A stretch of DNA of 64,000 bases from an uncultured Bacteroidales bacterium (GTDB lineage: Bacteria > Bacteroidota > Bacteroidia > Bacteroidales > UBA1402). Below the pieces are notes generated by a model. The model was not told where the DNA came from, ran no database searches, and saw only the letters and a program-made list of their open reading frames with translations. The stretch covers positions 15,334-79,333 of the forward strand of contig CAYPLF010000002.1 in assembly GCA_964411555.1 (NCBI GenBank), in the 5' to 3' direction. This document shows, one piece after another, positions 8,398-16,347 of this stretch (positions are counted from its first letter, which is position 1; the number at the start of each line of letters is the position of its first letter). Both the position numbers and the translations under genes were made by a program.

Positions 8398-10833
8398 TTA
8401 TTGATTCAATGCGCCTATCATTCCGTTGCTGGTCACCGTTTCAGCACTGATGCTTACTTTTTTAGCCGAACGGTTGTTGTAAAAGGATACATGGGCATTT
8501 CCGTTTGAATCGGTGGACACGTTCGGGTTCCAATACAGCGTACGTCGAACATCATTTTCATCGGGCAAGCCCAACTTATCATAGGGTGGACTGTAAAAGG
8601 TTTTGGTCCAGGAGTACCCATCGAATTTGGTCCTTCGGATACCTATGGGGGTTCTTCGCTTGAAGTCGGTGTAAATGTAGATGGACACTTCAGCATCGGG
8701 AGCATCCGGATTGGTGCCCAAACCCTCCTTGACGGTAATCAATGTGATATCCAGCACATTGACCTCATCCAGCGGGATATCCTGCCTGTTATTTACAAAA
8801 AAAACGGTGTTTTTGCCCTTGTAACCGTCACTCGTAAAATAAGGTAACAGTTCAAACAGCATACTGCCTACTGTGGCAGGTACCCATTCGCCTTTGTCAA
8901 TAAAGGTGTCCACCGTTTTTTCCACATCGACAACAACTGTTGCATCCCTGATACCTTCCCGCTGTCGGTTTGTCCGACGCTTGGCATTTACCTGCACTTC
9001 AGGTAGTAGGGTTGATCTGGGGTTGTTGATTTTTTGAGTGGTTACCCAGATTGAATCAGTCCAAATGGGTTCAAGTTCCGATGAATCTGTTTCAATAGTT
9101 GCCAAGTCAAATTGCAGACGTTTGTCCGGCCAGTTGGGTTCAATTTCTTCAGTTGCTTCATAAGCTGTGAGGTGTGGAGAAAAAGCCCGGTCGAGTCGAA
9201 TGATGTGTTCTTTCCGTTTGCCCTTGTTGATGGTTTCAACCAATAAATCGGATGTGCCGTAAAAATCTTCCAGTTTCAGATTGAAACGGCCTGTTTTGTC
9301 GGTCACACAGGTGCCCCGTTGGGATATACTGTCACCCATCAGAATCATGTTCACTCCCACTCCTTCTTTGGCTTTTTCGCGATTGAGCGACAATACATTG
9401 CCCTCTATCAAGAGGCTTTCTTCATAGGGGTGGTAGAACTGAGAGGTATCTAGCCCTGCAACACGTTTCCAGGCATAGCGGGTCCAACCTTGTGTGAGCA
9501 TCAATACATCCAGGTCATTTTTCCGCTTCAGACTGTCATCCATGAAGTAGTAGCCCGGAGCTTCAATGTGGCCGCGTAGTTCGGAAGACAGTAGCAGGTT
9601 TGTGAGTATGTTGTCGGCATAAGCATCGTACGGACTGGTGGCAGCATCTTTTACAGAGAGGGAAAATTCGGTTTCAACCGGATTTCCTTTGCTGTCATTC
9701 AGGCTCAAGTCTATGTTGATAGGTTCGTAGGGCCTGTAACTCAGCTTGTCGGTTTTGGCCTCAATCCGCATTTCAGAGTGGTGGTTGATAAATACCAACC
9801 GTTGAGCCAGGGGTCTTCCATCCATGCTGGACAGGGTTATTTGCGTCACACCCGAAGGAAGCAGTTTTGTGGGGAAAAACAAGGAAACAACATCTCCTTG
9901 AGTAAACGTGAGGGTGTCGTCTCCGTAAACCATACCACGAGATGACAGGTTGATTTTCAGCGTTTCGTCAGGAAGTCCGTATGAACGTTGTACCACAATG
10001 GAGATGTGTTCGGAATCGGTGATACCTGCAGATAAGACATATCCGGATGGCAAGGCCTCAGGAAGGGGTATCTTGTATCTCCTCTTGTTAGCGGTGACCA
10101 AGGCCACCATTTTCTCCTTTTTAGCTTTGGCCGGTCTTAAAGAGGGGGTTATCCGGAATACTCCCATGCCTTGATGGGAAGTCTCCAATCTGGCAAGTGT
10201 GTCGCCCCTTTCTGAAACAACAACGCCTTTTATCTCCACTTGTGTCCCTTCCTTGTCAATGGCCTTGAAGGCGACGCGGGAATTCAGTCCTTCCACCAGA
10301 CTGCCTCCTTCAGGATAAAAGCTGAGGTTGAATGTGCCCTCATCTTCCAGCTTGATTCGTTTGTCCGGAACACTCAGCGATGTAGGCCGTTGAGCCATGA
10401 CCCTATTCTGATAATCACCCGTCAGTTCAGGTTTGTTGTAACAGGCAAACACCCGTGAAAATACGGCATCATCTCCCTGGTTGAGGATAAAACGGGTGTA
10501 GGCGCGGACTTCGTAATAGCCAGCTGTGAGTGAATCTTTCAGCAGAAGAAACCCGTCAGCTTTTCCGTCGACCAGCTTCATTTTCTTTGTTTCTATCACA
10601 ATACCGTCGGGTGTGGCCAATTCAACGTACAACGTTTTGCTATAGGGGCTGAGGGTGTGGCGACCAGTTTGAACCACATACGCTTTGAACCAAATGGTTT
10701 CGCCAAGAAAATACGCCGTATTATCAAAGTGCAGGTACACTTTTTCCTGTTGCGAAGGGCGCGATACTGCTGCCATGCCCGACGAAAGCATCAGCAAGAT
10801 TCCAAGCAAAGCGAACAAACGAACGGTTCTCAT
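8398..10833 (-). CDS. Large secreted protein with MG2 / carboxypeptidase-regulatory-like Ig folds (function unknown)
   Basis: Signal peptide, then KVYLHFDNTAYFLGETIWFKAYV and YYEVRAYT (alpha-2-macroglobulin MG2-like N-terminus). Repeated FYPEGGSLVEGL..V.FKA bricks and LDVLMLTQGWTRYAW follow. This is a recurrent Bacteroidota family of unknown role. Confidence 0.5.
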   Translation of the reverse strand: MRTVRLFALLGILLMLSSGMAAVSRPSQQEKVYLHFDNTAYFLGETIWFKAYVVQTGRHTLSPYSKTLYVELATPDGIVIETKKMKLVDGKADGFLLLKDSLTAGYYEVRAYTRFILNQGDDAVFSRVFACYNKPELTGDYQNRVMAQRPTSLSVPDKRIKLEDEGTFNLSFYPEGGSLVEGLNSRVAFKAIDKEGTQVEIKGVVVSERGDTLARLETSHQGMGVFRITPSLRPAKAKKEKMVALVTANKRRYKIPLPEALPSGYVLSAGITDSEHISIVVQRSYGLPDETLKINLSSRGMVYGDDTLTFTQGDVVSLFFPTKLLPSGVTQITLSSMDGRPLAQRLVFINHHSEMRIEAKTDKLSYRPYEPINIDLSLNDSKGNPVETEFSLSVKDAATSPYDAYADNILTNLLLSSELRGHIEAPGYYFMDDSLKRKNDLDVLMLTQGWTRYAWKRVAGLDTSQFYHPYEESLLIEGNVLSLNREKAKEGVGVNMILMGDSISQRGTCVTDKTGRFNLKLEDFYGTSDLLVETINKGKRKEHIIRLDRAFSPHLTAYEATEEIEPNWPDKRLQFDLATIETDSSELEPIWTDSIWVTTQKINNPRSTLLPEVQVNAKRRTNRQREGIRDATVVVDVEKTVDTFIDKGEWVPATVGSMLFELLPYFTSDGYKGKNTVFFVNNRQDIPLDEVNVLDITLITVKEGLGTNPDAPDAEVSIYIYTDFKRRTPIGIRRTKFDGYSWTKTFYSPPYDKLGLPDENDVRRTLYWNPNVSTDSNGNAHVSFYNNRSAKKVSISAETVTSNGMIGALNQ

Positions 10834-10884
10834 TTGGGAAACAAATGTACAGTTTTATATGAATTGACGTGAAATCAATCGGTA

Positions 10885-11649
10885 TTATTGCTTTTCAGTC
10901 AGGTATTTCCAAAAGCGGACGGGCATGTGTTGCCGTTGTAACCTGGGATTGAACCGCTCCCGGATGGTTAACGTCTTGATATACGATTTCCAGAAATCTT
11001 CGAACAACGCTTCGTGTTCATCGACCAGTTCGGGTCGTAACTTTCCGGAAGCAGGTATTGGGTCATTACCCTCAAAGGTGAATAGTTCGACTTTTTTCAG
11101 GTCATAGTGATAACCGTACTTCCTTATAGTATCATACACCACCCATTCCTGGTCGGAAAACCGGGAATGAAAATAGTCGATGGCCAGGGGAAGGGCATTG
11201 TATTTAGGTTCGATGGGGGCGAAGAATAGTCCATCGGCTGTTTTCTGAAAGCGCACGAATTGTCGGATGTGCTCGGCTTCGAAGTTGACCGACTTGGCTA
11301 GTTTCATTATGGCCAATACATCCTCATCGCCAAAATTGGTTTCGATGGAGGTGGGACTGTCGATGTTTTTCCGGATAAAACGGAATAAAAGTTGGTCGGC
11401 GTTGACTTCCTCCGATAGCCAGACAGCCCGGATCATGCGGCAGGCTCCCTTCGTGAGCTTTTTCTCCAGACCTTTCCATACCCGATCAGCCCTGTCATCT
11501 TGTGTCATGACGGTGTACACGTCTTTTGCAAACAAGGGTAGTGGTGAACCTTCTTCCTGCAGGATATCCGGGAAAACCTTGCGGCTGTAGGCGTCGAACA
11601 CGGCTGTCAGCAGGCCTTCAAACGTCTTGTCGTAGAGGTACACGTTCAT
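10885..11649 (-). CDS. TIGR03915-type putative DNA metabolism protein (UDG-like partner of the radical-SAM repair protein)
   Basis: 254 aa beginning YLYDKTFEGLLTAVFDAY, with the C-terminal P.RFWKYLTE pattern. It sits directly downstream of the TIGR03916-like radical-SAM gene, the canonical pairing. Confidence 0.75.
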   Translation of the reverse strand: MNVYLYDKTFEGLLTAVFDAYSRKVFPDILQEEGSPLPLFAKDVYTVMTQDDRADRVWKGLEKKLTKGACRMIRAVWLSEEVNADQLLFRFIRKNIDSPTSIETNFGDEDVLAIMKLAKSVNFEAEHIRQFVRFQKTADGLFFAPIEPKYNALPLAIDYFHSRFSDQEWVVYDTIRKYGYHYDLKKVELFTFEGNDPIPASGKLRPELVDEHEALFEDFWKSYIKTLTIRERFNPRLQRQHMPVRFWKYLTEKQ

Positions 11650-11718
11650 TCGCTCCGGTGTTTATGCGTTCTTGTTTGGCTTGAAGCAGCCTGTTCGGTG
11701 GTTGTTTGTGCAGGTGCA

Positions 11719-12987
11719 TCAGTCGTCCGGGAAAGCTAGGGTCAACTGGTTTATCGGCAGGCCTTTTTTGCCGGTCGGCTTCGCGGTGAGTACCTGTCTA
11801 ACGTATTCAGGAGTGGCTTCTTGCACCGTGAAAGCGGGCAGTTGGTGGCAGGTTATGAAGAATTTGGCCTTTTTCATCACCACCCCAATGTTCTTGAGTT
11901 TGTCGGCATCCAGTTTTCCATGACGTCTGGCTATCACAATCAGCTTGGCCGATTTCACGCCTATCCCGGGAATCCGTAAGATGTGCGAGTAATCGGCTCG
12001 GTTGATATCGACGGGGAAGAATTCCGGGTGGCGCAGGGCCCAGGACAGCTTGGGATCTATGGTCAGGTCGAGGTCGGGGTGTTGTTCGTCCACAATTTCA
12101 TTTACACCGAATTCGTAAAACCGCATCAGCCAGTCAGCCTGATAGAGGCGGTTTTCGCGAACCAGGGGGGCCTGTTTGAGTGCGGGCAGCCGCTTGTCGT
12201 ATTCGTTGACCGGAATAAACCCGGAGTAGTAAACGCGTTTCATGCTTTCCTGGTGGTACAGGGAAGAAGCCAGTGTGAGGATTTGCTTGTCGTTTTCGGG
12301 AGTGGCACCCACAATCATCTGGGTACTTTGACCGGCCGGGACAAAACGCGGTGTGGAACGGATGGTGCGCTTTTCCTCCTGGTATAGGGCAATTCCCTGT
12401 TGAATGGCCTTCATGGGTTGTAGCACACTTTTATAGTCTTTTTCCGGTGCTAGGCGCTTCAAGCTTTCTTCGGTGGGTATCTCGATGTTCACGCTCATGC
12501 GGTCGGCGTACAGCCCGGCTTCCTCAATTAACGTCCGGGAAGCTCCCGGGATGGCTTTCACGTGGATGTAGCCGTTGTAACGGTGGACGGTACGCAGGTC
12601 TTTCACCACCTGCATCATCCGCTCCATGGTGTAATCGGGGTTGTTGATTACGCCCGAACTGAGGAACAAACCTTCTATGTAGTTGCGGCGGTAAAATTCC
12701 ATGGTCAGGTTGACCAGTTCCTGCACGGTGAAGGTGGCCCGCCTCAGGTCGTTGCTCCGTCGGTTGATGCAGTAGGCACAATCGTAGATGCAGTAGTTGG
12801 TCATCATGATTTTCAGCAACGAGACACAGCGTCCGTCTTCGGTGAAACTATGGCAGATGCCCCAACCGGCTGCGCTGCCCAACTGCCCGGGTGTGCCTTT
12901 CCGCGTCGTGCCGCTCGAGGAACAGGATACGTCGTATTTGGCTGATTCGGCCAAAATTTTCAGTTTATCCAGCAGTTGGTCGTTCAT
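11719..12987 (-). CDS. Putative DNA modification/repair radical SAM protein (TIGR03916-type)
   Basis: CIYDCAYC is a CX3CX2C radical-SAM cluster motif. N-terminal KLKILAESAKYDVSC and a C-terminal helix-hairpin-helix (ILRIPGIGVKSAKLIV) are present. I place the start at MNDQLLDKL (12987) rather than the ORF-track 13083. Confidence 0.8.
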   Translation of the reverse strand: MNDQLLDKLKILAESAKYDVSCSSSGTTRKGTPGQLGSAAGWGICHSFTEDGRCVSLLKIMMTNYCIYDCAYCINRRSNDLRRATFTVQELVNLTMEFYRRNYIEGLFLSSGVINNPDYTMERMMQVVKDLRTVHRYNGYIHVKAIPGASRTLIEEAGLYADRMSVNIEIPTEESLKRLAPEKDYKSVLQPMKAIQQGIALYQEEKRTIRSTPRFVPAGQSTQMIVGATPENDKQILTLASSLYHQESMKRVYYSGFIPVNEYDKRLPALKQAPLVRENRLYQADWLMRFYEFGVNEIVDEQHPDLDLTIDPKLSWALRHPEFFPVDINRADYSHILRIPGIGVKSAKLIVIARRHGKLDADKLKNIGVVMKKAKFFITCHQLPAFTVQEATPEYVRQVLTAKPTGKKGLPINQLTLAFPDD

Positions 12988-13057
12988 GAGTGAATTTGGT
13001 GCAAAAGATGCCTTATGATACCTTAAAAGTAAGGTTCTGGCCGTTGAACGGTTAAAA

Positions 13058-13065
13058 CAAATATA
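13058..13065 (-). promoter_or_regulatory. -7 promoter box (TATATTTG on the minus strand) for the radical-SAM operon
   Basis: The plus strand reads CAAATATA, which is TAnnTTTG on the minus strand, about 70 nt upstream of the 12987 start. Confidence 0.4.
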
Positions 13066-13179
13066 CATAATTCTTTGTTTCAAACGGCAGTTTCTTCGTC
13101 CTCATTTTTTTGTAAACAGTTCTTGAAAATTAGCATGAAACAAGTGCTGTGTTATGTGGTTGGTCTGCTTTGTAACGAT

Positions 13180-13187
13180 TATCTTTG
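13180..13187 (+). promoter_or_regulatory. -7 promoter box (TATCTTTG) for the lipoprotein-umuDC-SRAP transcription unit
   Basis: TAnnTTTG match about 67 nt upstream of 13255. It lies within a direct repeat CTTTGTAA-N7-CTTTGTAA (13168-13190). Confidence 0.4.
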
Positions 13188-13254
13188 TAAGATTCCAGGT
13201 TAGTATGACAAGAAGTTATGGAATGCTATTGTTACATGTAGTAGAATCAAACAT

Positions 13255-13914
13255 ATGAGGACAAAACTATTTTCGACGATTATTCTGGCAGTTGCTGTTT
13301 TTTTTCTATTCTCTTGTGAAGAAGATGCGTATGACGGAAGCGGTACGTTTTATGGCACAAGTATCTCTTCATCACAAATCAGGTTGTATGCCAAAACCGG
13401 AGAGATAAAAAATCGTTCGGTCATCGAAAAATTTGTCAGGATACACGGAGACTTCGAACCGAACTTGGATATTATGCTGACTGCCTATAAATTCCAGGCA
13501 TCGTATGTGAATGATTCCACGGTTGTTGTCACATCGTTGGTTTCCGGTTCTGTCGAGACGATGACTGTGATTGATTGCGACAGCGTGGTGATTTGGGAGG
13601 GTCGTGATACGGTGAGGCAGTATACGCAACACAATGAAGCATTCAAGTACAAGCGTCTTCATTACACGGAGGTCTTGAATGAAGACAGCAATGTGATGAT
13701 AACCAATTTCCTGAATTGTAGGTTCGTCATACCCAGTGGGCCGGACTTGTTGATGCCCATCACCTTCTACTATCACAAGAAAGGATCCGGCAGCTCAATC
13801 AGTGAACGCAAGGGCGGGGGCAACAACGAGTTCAATCTCGGTTATTTGTCGGGTTTCGGCGATACCGATACGGTGTTGGTGTATAGGTATAATCTGCTTT
13901 TGATTAAGCAGTAA
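13255..13914 (+). CDS. Hypothetical lipoprotein
   Basis: Lipobox signal MRTKLFSTIILAVAVFFLFSC. No recognisable domain. It is AT-richer than the following genes. Confidence 0.5.
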   Translation: MRTKLFSTIILAVAVFFLFSCEEDAYDGSGTFYGTSISSSQIRLYAKTGEIKNRSVIEKFVRIHGDFEPNLDIMLTAYKFQASYVNDSTVVVTSLVSGSVETMTVIDCDSVVIWEGRDTVRQYTQHNEAFKYKRLHYTEVLNEDSNVMITNFLNCRFVIPSGPDLLMPITFYYHKKGSGSSISERKGGGNNEFNLGYLSGFGDTDTVLVYRYNLLLIKQ

Positions 13915-13930
13915 GAAAACCCAAGGTTCC

Positions 13931-14380
13931 ATGTCACCGCTCAAATTGCACGAATCGCCTTCGCTGGATATCTATTCGGCCCTTACGGATACCGAGCTCA
14001 ACCTGCCGTTGGCCTCTTCGAAGGTCAGTGCAGGCTTTCCTTCGCCGGCCAGCGATTTTACCGACGTGTCCATCGACCTGAACAAGGATCTTATCAAGCA
14101 CCCGGCATCCACCTATTTCGGGCGAGTACGGGGTGATTCCATGAAGGATGTGGGTATCTCGGACAACGATTTGTTGGTCATTGATAAAAGCCTGGAACCG
14201 GCCGATGGAAAAATTGCGGTGTGCTTCATCGATGGGGAATTCACAGTAAAACGCATCCAACTGACGAAGGATGGCTGCTGCCTCATGCCGGCCAATCCCG
14301 CCTATCAACCCATTCCGGTGACGAAAGACAATGAATTTGTTATTTGGGGCATCGTGACCCACGTCATCAAATCGTTCTGA
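13931..14380 (+). CDS. umuD: UmuD-like S24 peptidase (translesion polymerase V accessory subunit; no HTH domain)
   Basis: Ala-Gly cleavage site context ([10 protein letters not shown]), GDSM serine nucleophile motif and FTVKRI lysine motif. At 149 aa there is no room for a DNA-binding domain. Confidence 0.85.
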   Translation: MSPLKLHESPSLDIYSALTDTELNLPLASSKVSAGFPSPASDFTDVSIDLNKDLIKHPASTYFGRVRGDSMKDVGISDNDLLVIDKSLEPADGKIAVCFIDGEFTVKRIQLTKDGCCLMPANPAYQPIPVTKDNEFVIWGIVTHVIKSF

Positions 14381-14381
14381 C

Positions 14382-15644
14382 ATGTTTGCCCTGGTTGACT
14401 GCAACAACTTCTACGCCTCGTGCGAGCGGGTGTTCCGTCCTGATTTGAACGGGGTGCCCATCGTGGTGCTCTCGAACAACGACGGTTGCGTCATTGCCCG
14501 GTCCAACGAGGCCAAGGCGCTGGGCATCCCCATGGGGGCACCGGCCTTCAAGCACCAGGAAGTGTTTGACAAACACGGTGTCAGGGTGTTTTCGGCCAAC
14601 TTTGCCCTCTACGGCGACATGAGCAACCGGGTGATGTCCATCCTGTCGGGCTATACCCCGAAGATGGAAATCTACAGCATCGATGAGGCTTTTCTCGACT
14701 TTCGCGGATTCGGCTTGTTCGACCTGCAGGAGGTGGGCGCGCGGATGCGGCGGGAGGTGTTGAAATGCACGGGGATTCCTGTTTCTGTGGGGTTTGCACC
14801 TACTAAGGCCCTGTCCAAGGTGGCCAACCGCATTGCCAAGAAATTCCCCGAACGGACGGGTGGTGTGTACATCATCGACAGCGAGGCAAAACGCACCAAG
14901 GCCCTGAAGTGGCTCAGTGTGGACGATGTGTGGGGTATAGGCCGCCAGCACGCCAAGAAACTGGCTTACCTGGGCATCCGCACGGCCTGGGATTTCATCC
15001 AGCTGTCGGATGACTGGGTGAAAAAGCATATGTCCGTGGTGGGCTTGCGCCTCAAGCGCGAACTCGAGGGAGAGCGCACCTTGGAAATGGACGACGTGAA
15101 GCAGAAGCAGAGCATAGCCACCACGCGTTCGTTCGACAAGATGTACACGACCCTGGAAGAACTTAACGAACGTGTGGCCACCTTTGCCGTGACCTGCGCC
15201 GAGAAACTGCGGCAGCAACACAGTTGTTGCAATGCAGTGATGGTGTTCGTCCACACCAACTTTTACCGCGAGGACCTGGACCAATACAGCCGCAGCATGG
15301 TTATCAAGCTGCCTTTTCCCACTTCGTCGAGCATGGAGCTGGCCCGGTTTGCCCGCCAGGCCCTCGAACGCATTTATCGGGAAGGCTACAGCTATAAGAA
15401 AGCGGGAGTCATCCTTATGGACATCACGCCCGAACTGCCTAACCAACTGAATTTGTTTGAGAATACCCACCCGAAGCACAAGGCGCTGATGAAGGCCATC
15501 GACCGCATCAACACTGACTTCGGTGCCCACAAGATTGCGCTGGGCTCGCAAGACCCTGCCCGTCGTTGGAAGATGCGGCAGGAAAAGCTGTCCCCGCGCT
15601 ATACCACCAAACTGGAAGACATCATCACCATCAACACCCACTGA
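14382..15644 (+). CDS. umuC: Y-family DNA polymerase, UmuC-like
   Basis: [34 protein letters not shown] and SIDEAFLD are Y-family catalytic motifs. The start is 1 nt after the umuD stop. Confidence 0.9.
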   Translation: MFALVDCNNFYASCERVFRPDLNGVPIVVLSNNDGCVIARSNEAKALGIPMGAPAFKHQEVFDKHGVRVFSANFALYGDMSNRVMSILSGYTPKMEIYSIDEAFLDFRGFGLFDLQEVGARMRREVLKCTGIPVSVGFAPTKALSKVANRIAKKFPERTGGVYIIDSEAKRTKALKWLSVDDVWGIGRQHAKKLAYLGIRTAWDFIQLSDDWVKKHMSVVGLRLKRELEGERTLEMDDVKQKQSIATTRSFDKMYTTLEELNERVATFAVTCAEKLRQQHSCCNAVMVFVHTNFYREDLDQYSRSMVIKLPFPTSSSMELARFARQALERIYREGYSYKKAGVILMDITPELPNQLNLFENTHPKHKALMKAIDRINTDFGAHKIALGSQDPARRWKMRQEKLSPRYTTKLEDIITINTH

Positions 15645-15645
15645 C

Positions 15646-16260
15646 ATGTGCTTCTACTTCAGGGCTTCCAAGAAGGTATTGGAAATGCTCAACGAAAAAT
15701 ACAAGAACCTGGAGGACGAACTCCGCAACGAGTTCGCCAGCGCTGACCACAACTACAACGGCTTCCAGCATCCTTCTACGCCGGTGGTCACGGGTGCCGA
15801 GCCCGAACGCGTGCAGCTGATGAACTGGGGTCTGATTCCCCATTGGGCCAAGGACAGAAGCATCCAGAACAATACCCTCAACGCCAAAATCGAGACGTTG
15901 GCTGAGAAGCCTTCGTTCAGGAACGTGCTGAGCAACCGCTGCCTGGTGTTTGCCGATGGTTTCTACGAATGGCAGTGGCTGGACCCTGCAGGCAAACAGA
16001 AACAGAAATACCTCATCATGCTTCCCGACGAGCAACCGTTCGCCTTCGCCGGCCTCTGGAGCCGCTGGAATGACCCGGCTTCGGGTCTTTCACTCAATAC
16101 TTATACGCTCATTACCCGCCCGGCGGATGAACTCATGAGCCGCATCCACAACAGCAAGTTGCGCATGCCCTGGATCTTGCAACCGCAGGATGAGCAGGCC
16201 TATTTGCGGGGCGGGGCGGTGTTGGATACGGAGCATCGGTTGGTGGCCAGGGCGGTGTAG
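15646..16260 (+). CDS. SOS response-associated peptidase (SRAP / YedK-like abasic-site sensor)
   Basis: Starts MC.. (catalytic Cys2). It also has WGLIPHWAKD, NAKIETL, CLVFADGFYEW and IHNSKLRMPWIL. The start is 1 nt after the umuC stop. The ORF-track extension to 15523 overlaps umuC and is not used. Confidence 0.85.
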   Translation: MCFYFRASKKVLEMLNEKYKNLEDELRNEFASADHNYNGFQHPSTPVVTGAEPERVQLMNWGLIPHWAKDRSIQNNTLNAKIETLAEKPSFRNVLSNRCLVFADGFYEWQWLDPAGKQKQKYLIMLPDEQPFAFAGLWSRWNDPASGLSLNTYTLITRPADELMSRIHNSKLRMPWILQPQDEQAYLRGGAVLDTEHRLVARAV

Positions 16261-16267
16261 ATTATAT

Positions 16268-16287
16268 TTGTTTATTCTAGTAAACAA
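16268..16287. promoter_or_regulatory. Operator-like palindrome 1: TTGTTTA-TTCTAG-TAAACAA
   Basis: Perfect 7-bp arms with a 6-bp spacer, 8 nt after the SRAP stop. Confidence 0.5.
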
Positions 16288-16300
16288 TATACTAGAATTA

Positions 16301-16320
16301 TTGTTTAATATAGTAAACAA
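16301..16320. promoter_or_regulatory. Operator-like palindrome 2: TTGTTTA-ATATAG-TAAACAA
   Basis: Same arms as palindrome 1, with centres 33 bp apart. It ends 3 nt before the -7 box of the ATPase promoter. Confidence 0.5.
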
Positions 16321-16323
16321 TAT

Positions 16324-16331
16324 TACCTTTG
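16324..16331 (+). promoter_or_regulatory. -7 promoter box (TACCTTTG)
   Basis: TAnnTTTG match 17 nt upstream of the 16348 start. Confidence 0.5.
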
Positions 16332-16347
16332 TAAAAAAGGAAGAAAC

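Noticed and set aside
13034-13051. GTTC-N8-GAAC / CCGTTGAACGG in the divergent region as a LexA box
   Set aside because: The spacing and arms do not match any LexA consensus I can recall (GAAC-N4-GTTC, CTGT-N8-ACAG, GTTC-N7-GTTC). It occurs once and lies in the radical-SAM leader rather than at a promoter. This is not enough to call.
15523-15645. N-terminal extension of the SRAP ORF. Similar extensions occur at 13083 (radical SAM), 17417 (GNAT), 21509 (porQ), 28649 (thyA), 30777 (OmpA-family), 32775 (beta-barrel), 35632 (permease), 38567 (kinase), 42236 (AddA-like) and 44058 (ATPase 2).
   Set aside because: The extensions overlap upstream genes or lack signal-peptide or family N-termini. Internal ATGs give canonical N-termini, namely MC.. 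for SRAP, lipoboxes or signal peptides, and Walker A spacing.
14367-15647. 426-aa ORF on the minus strand covering all of umuC
   Set aside because: It is exactly antisense to a gene with clear Y-family polymerase motifs. Its translation is R/H/G/V/L-rich with no recognisable motif. Long stop-free antisense frames are expected in a ~60% GC coding block.
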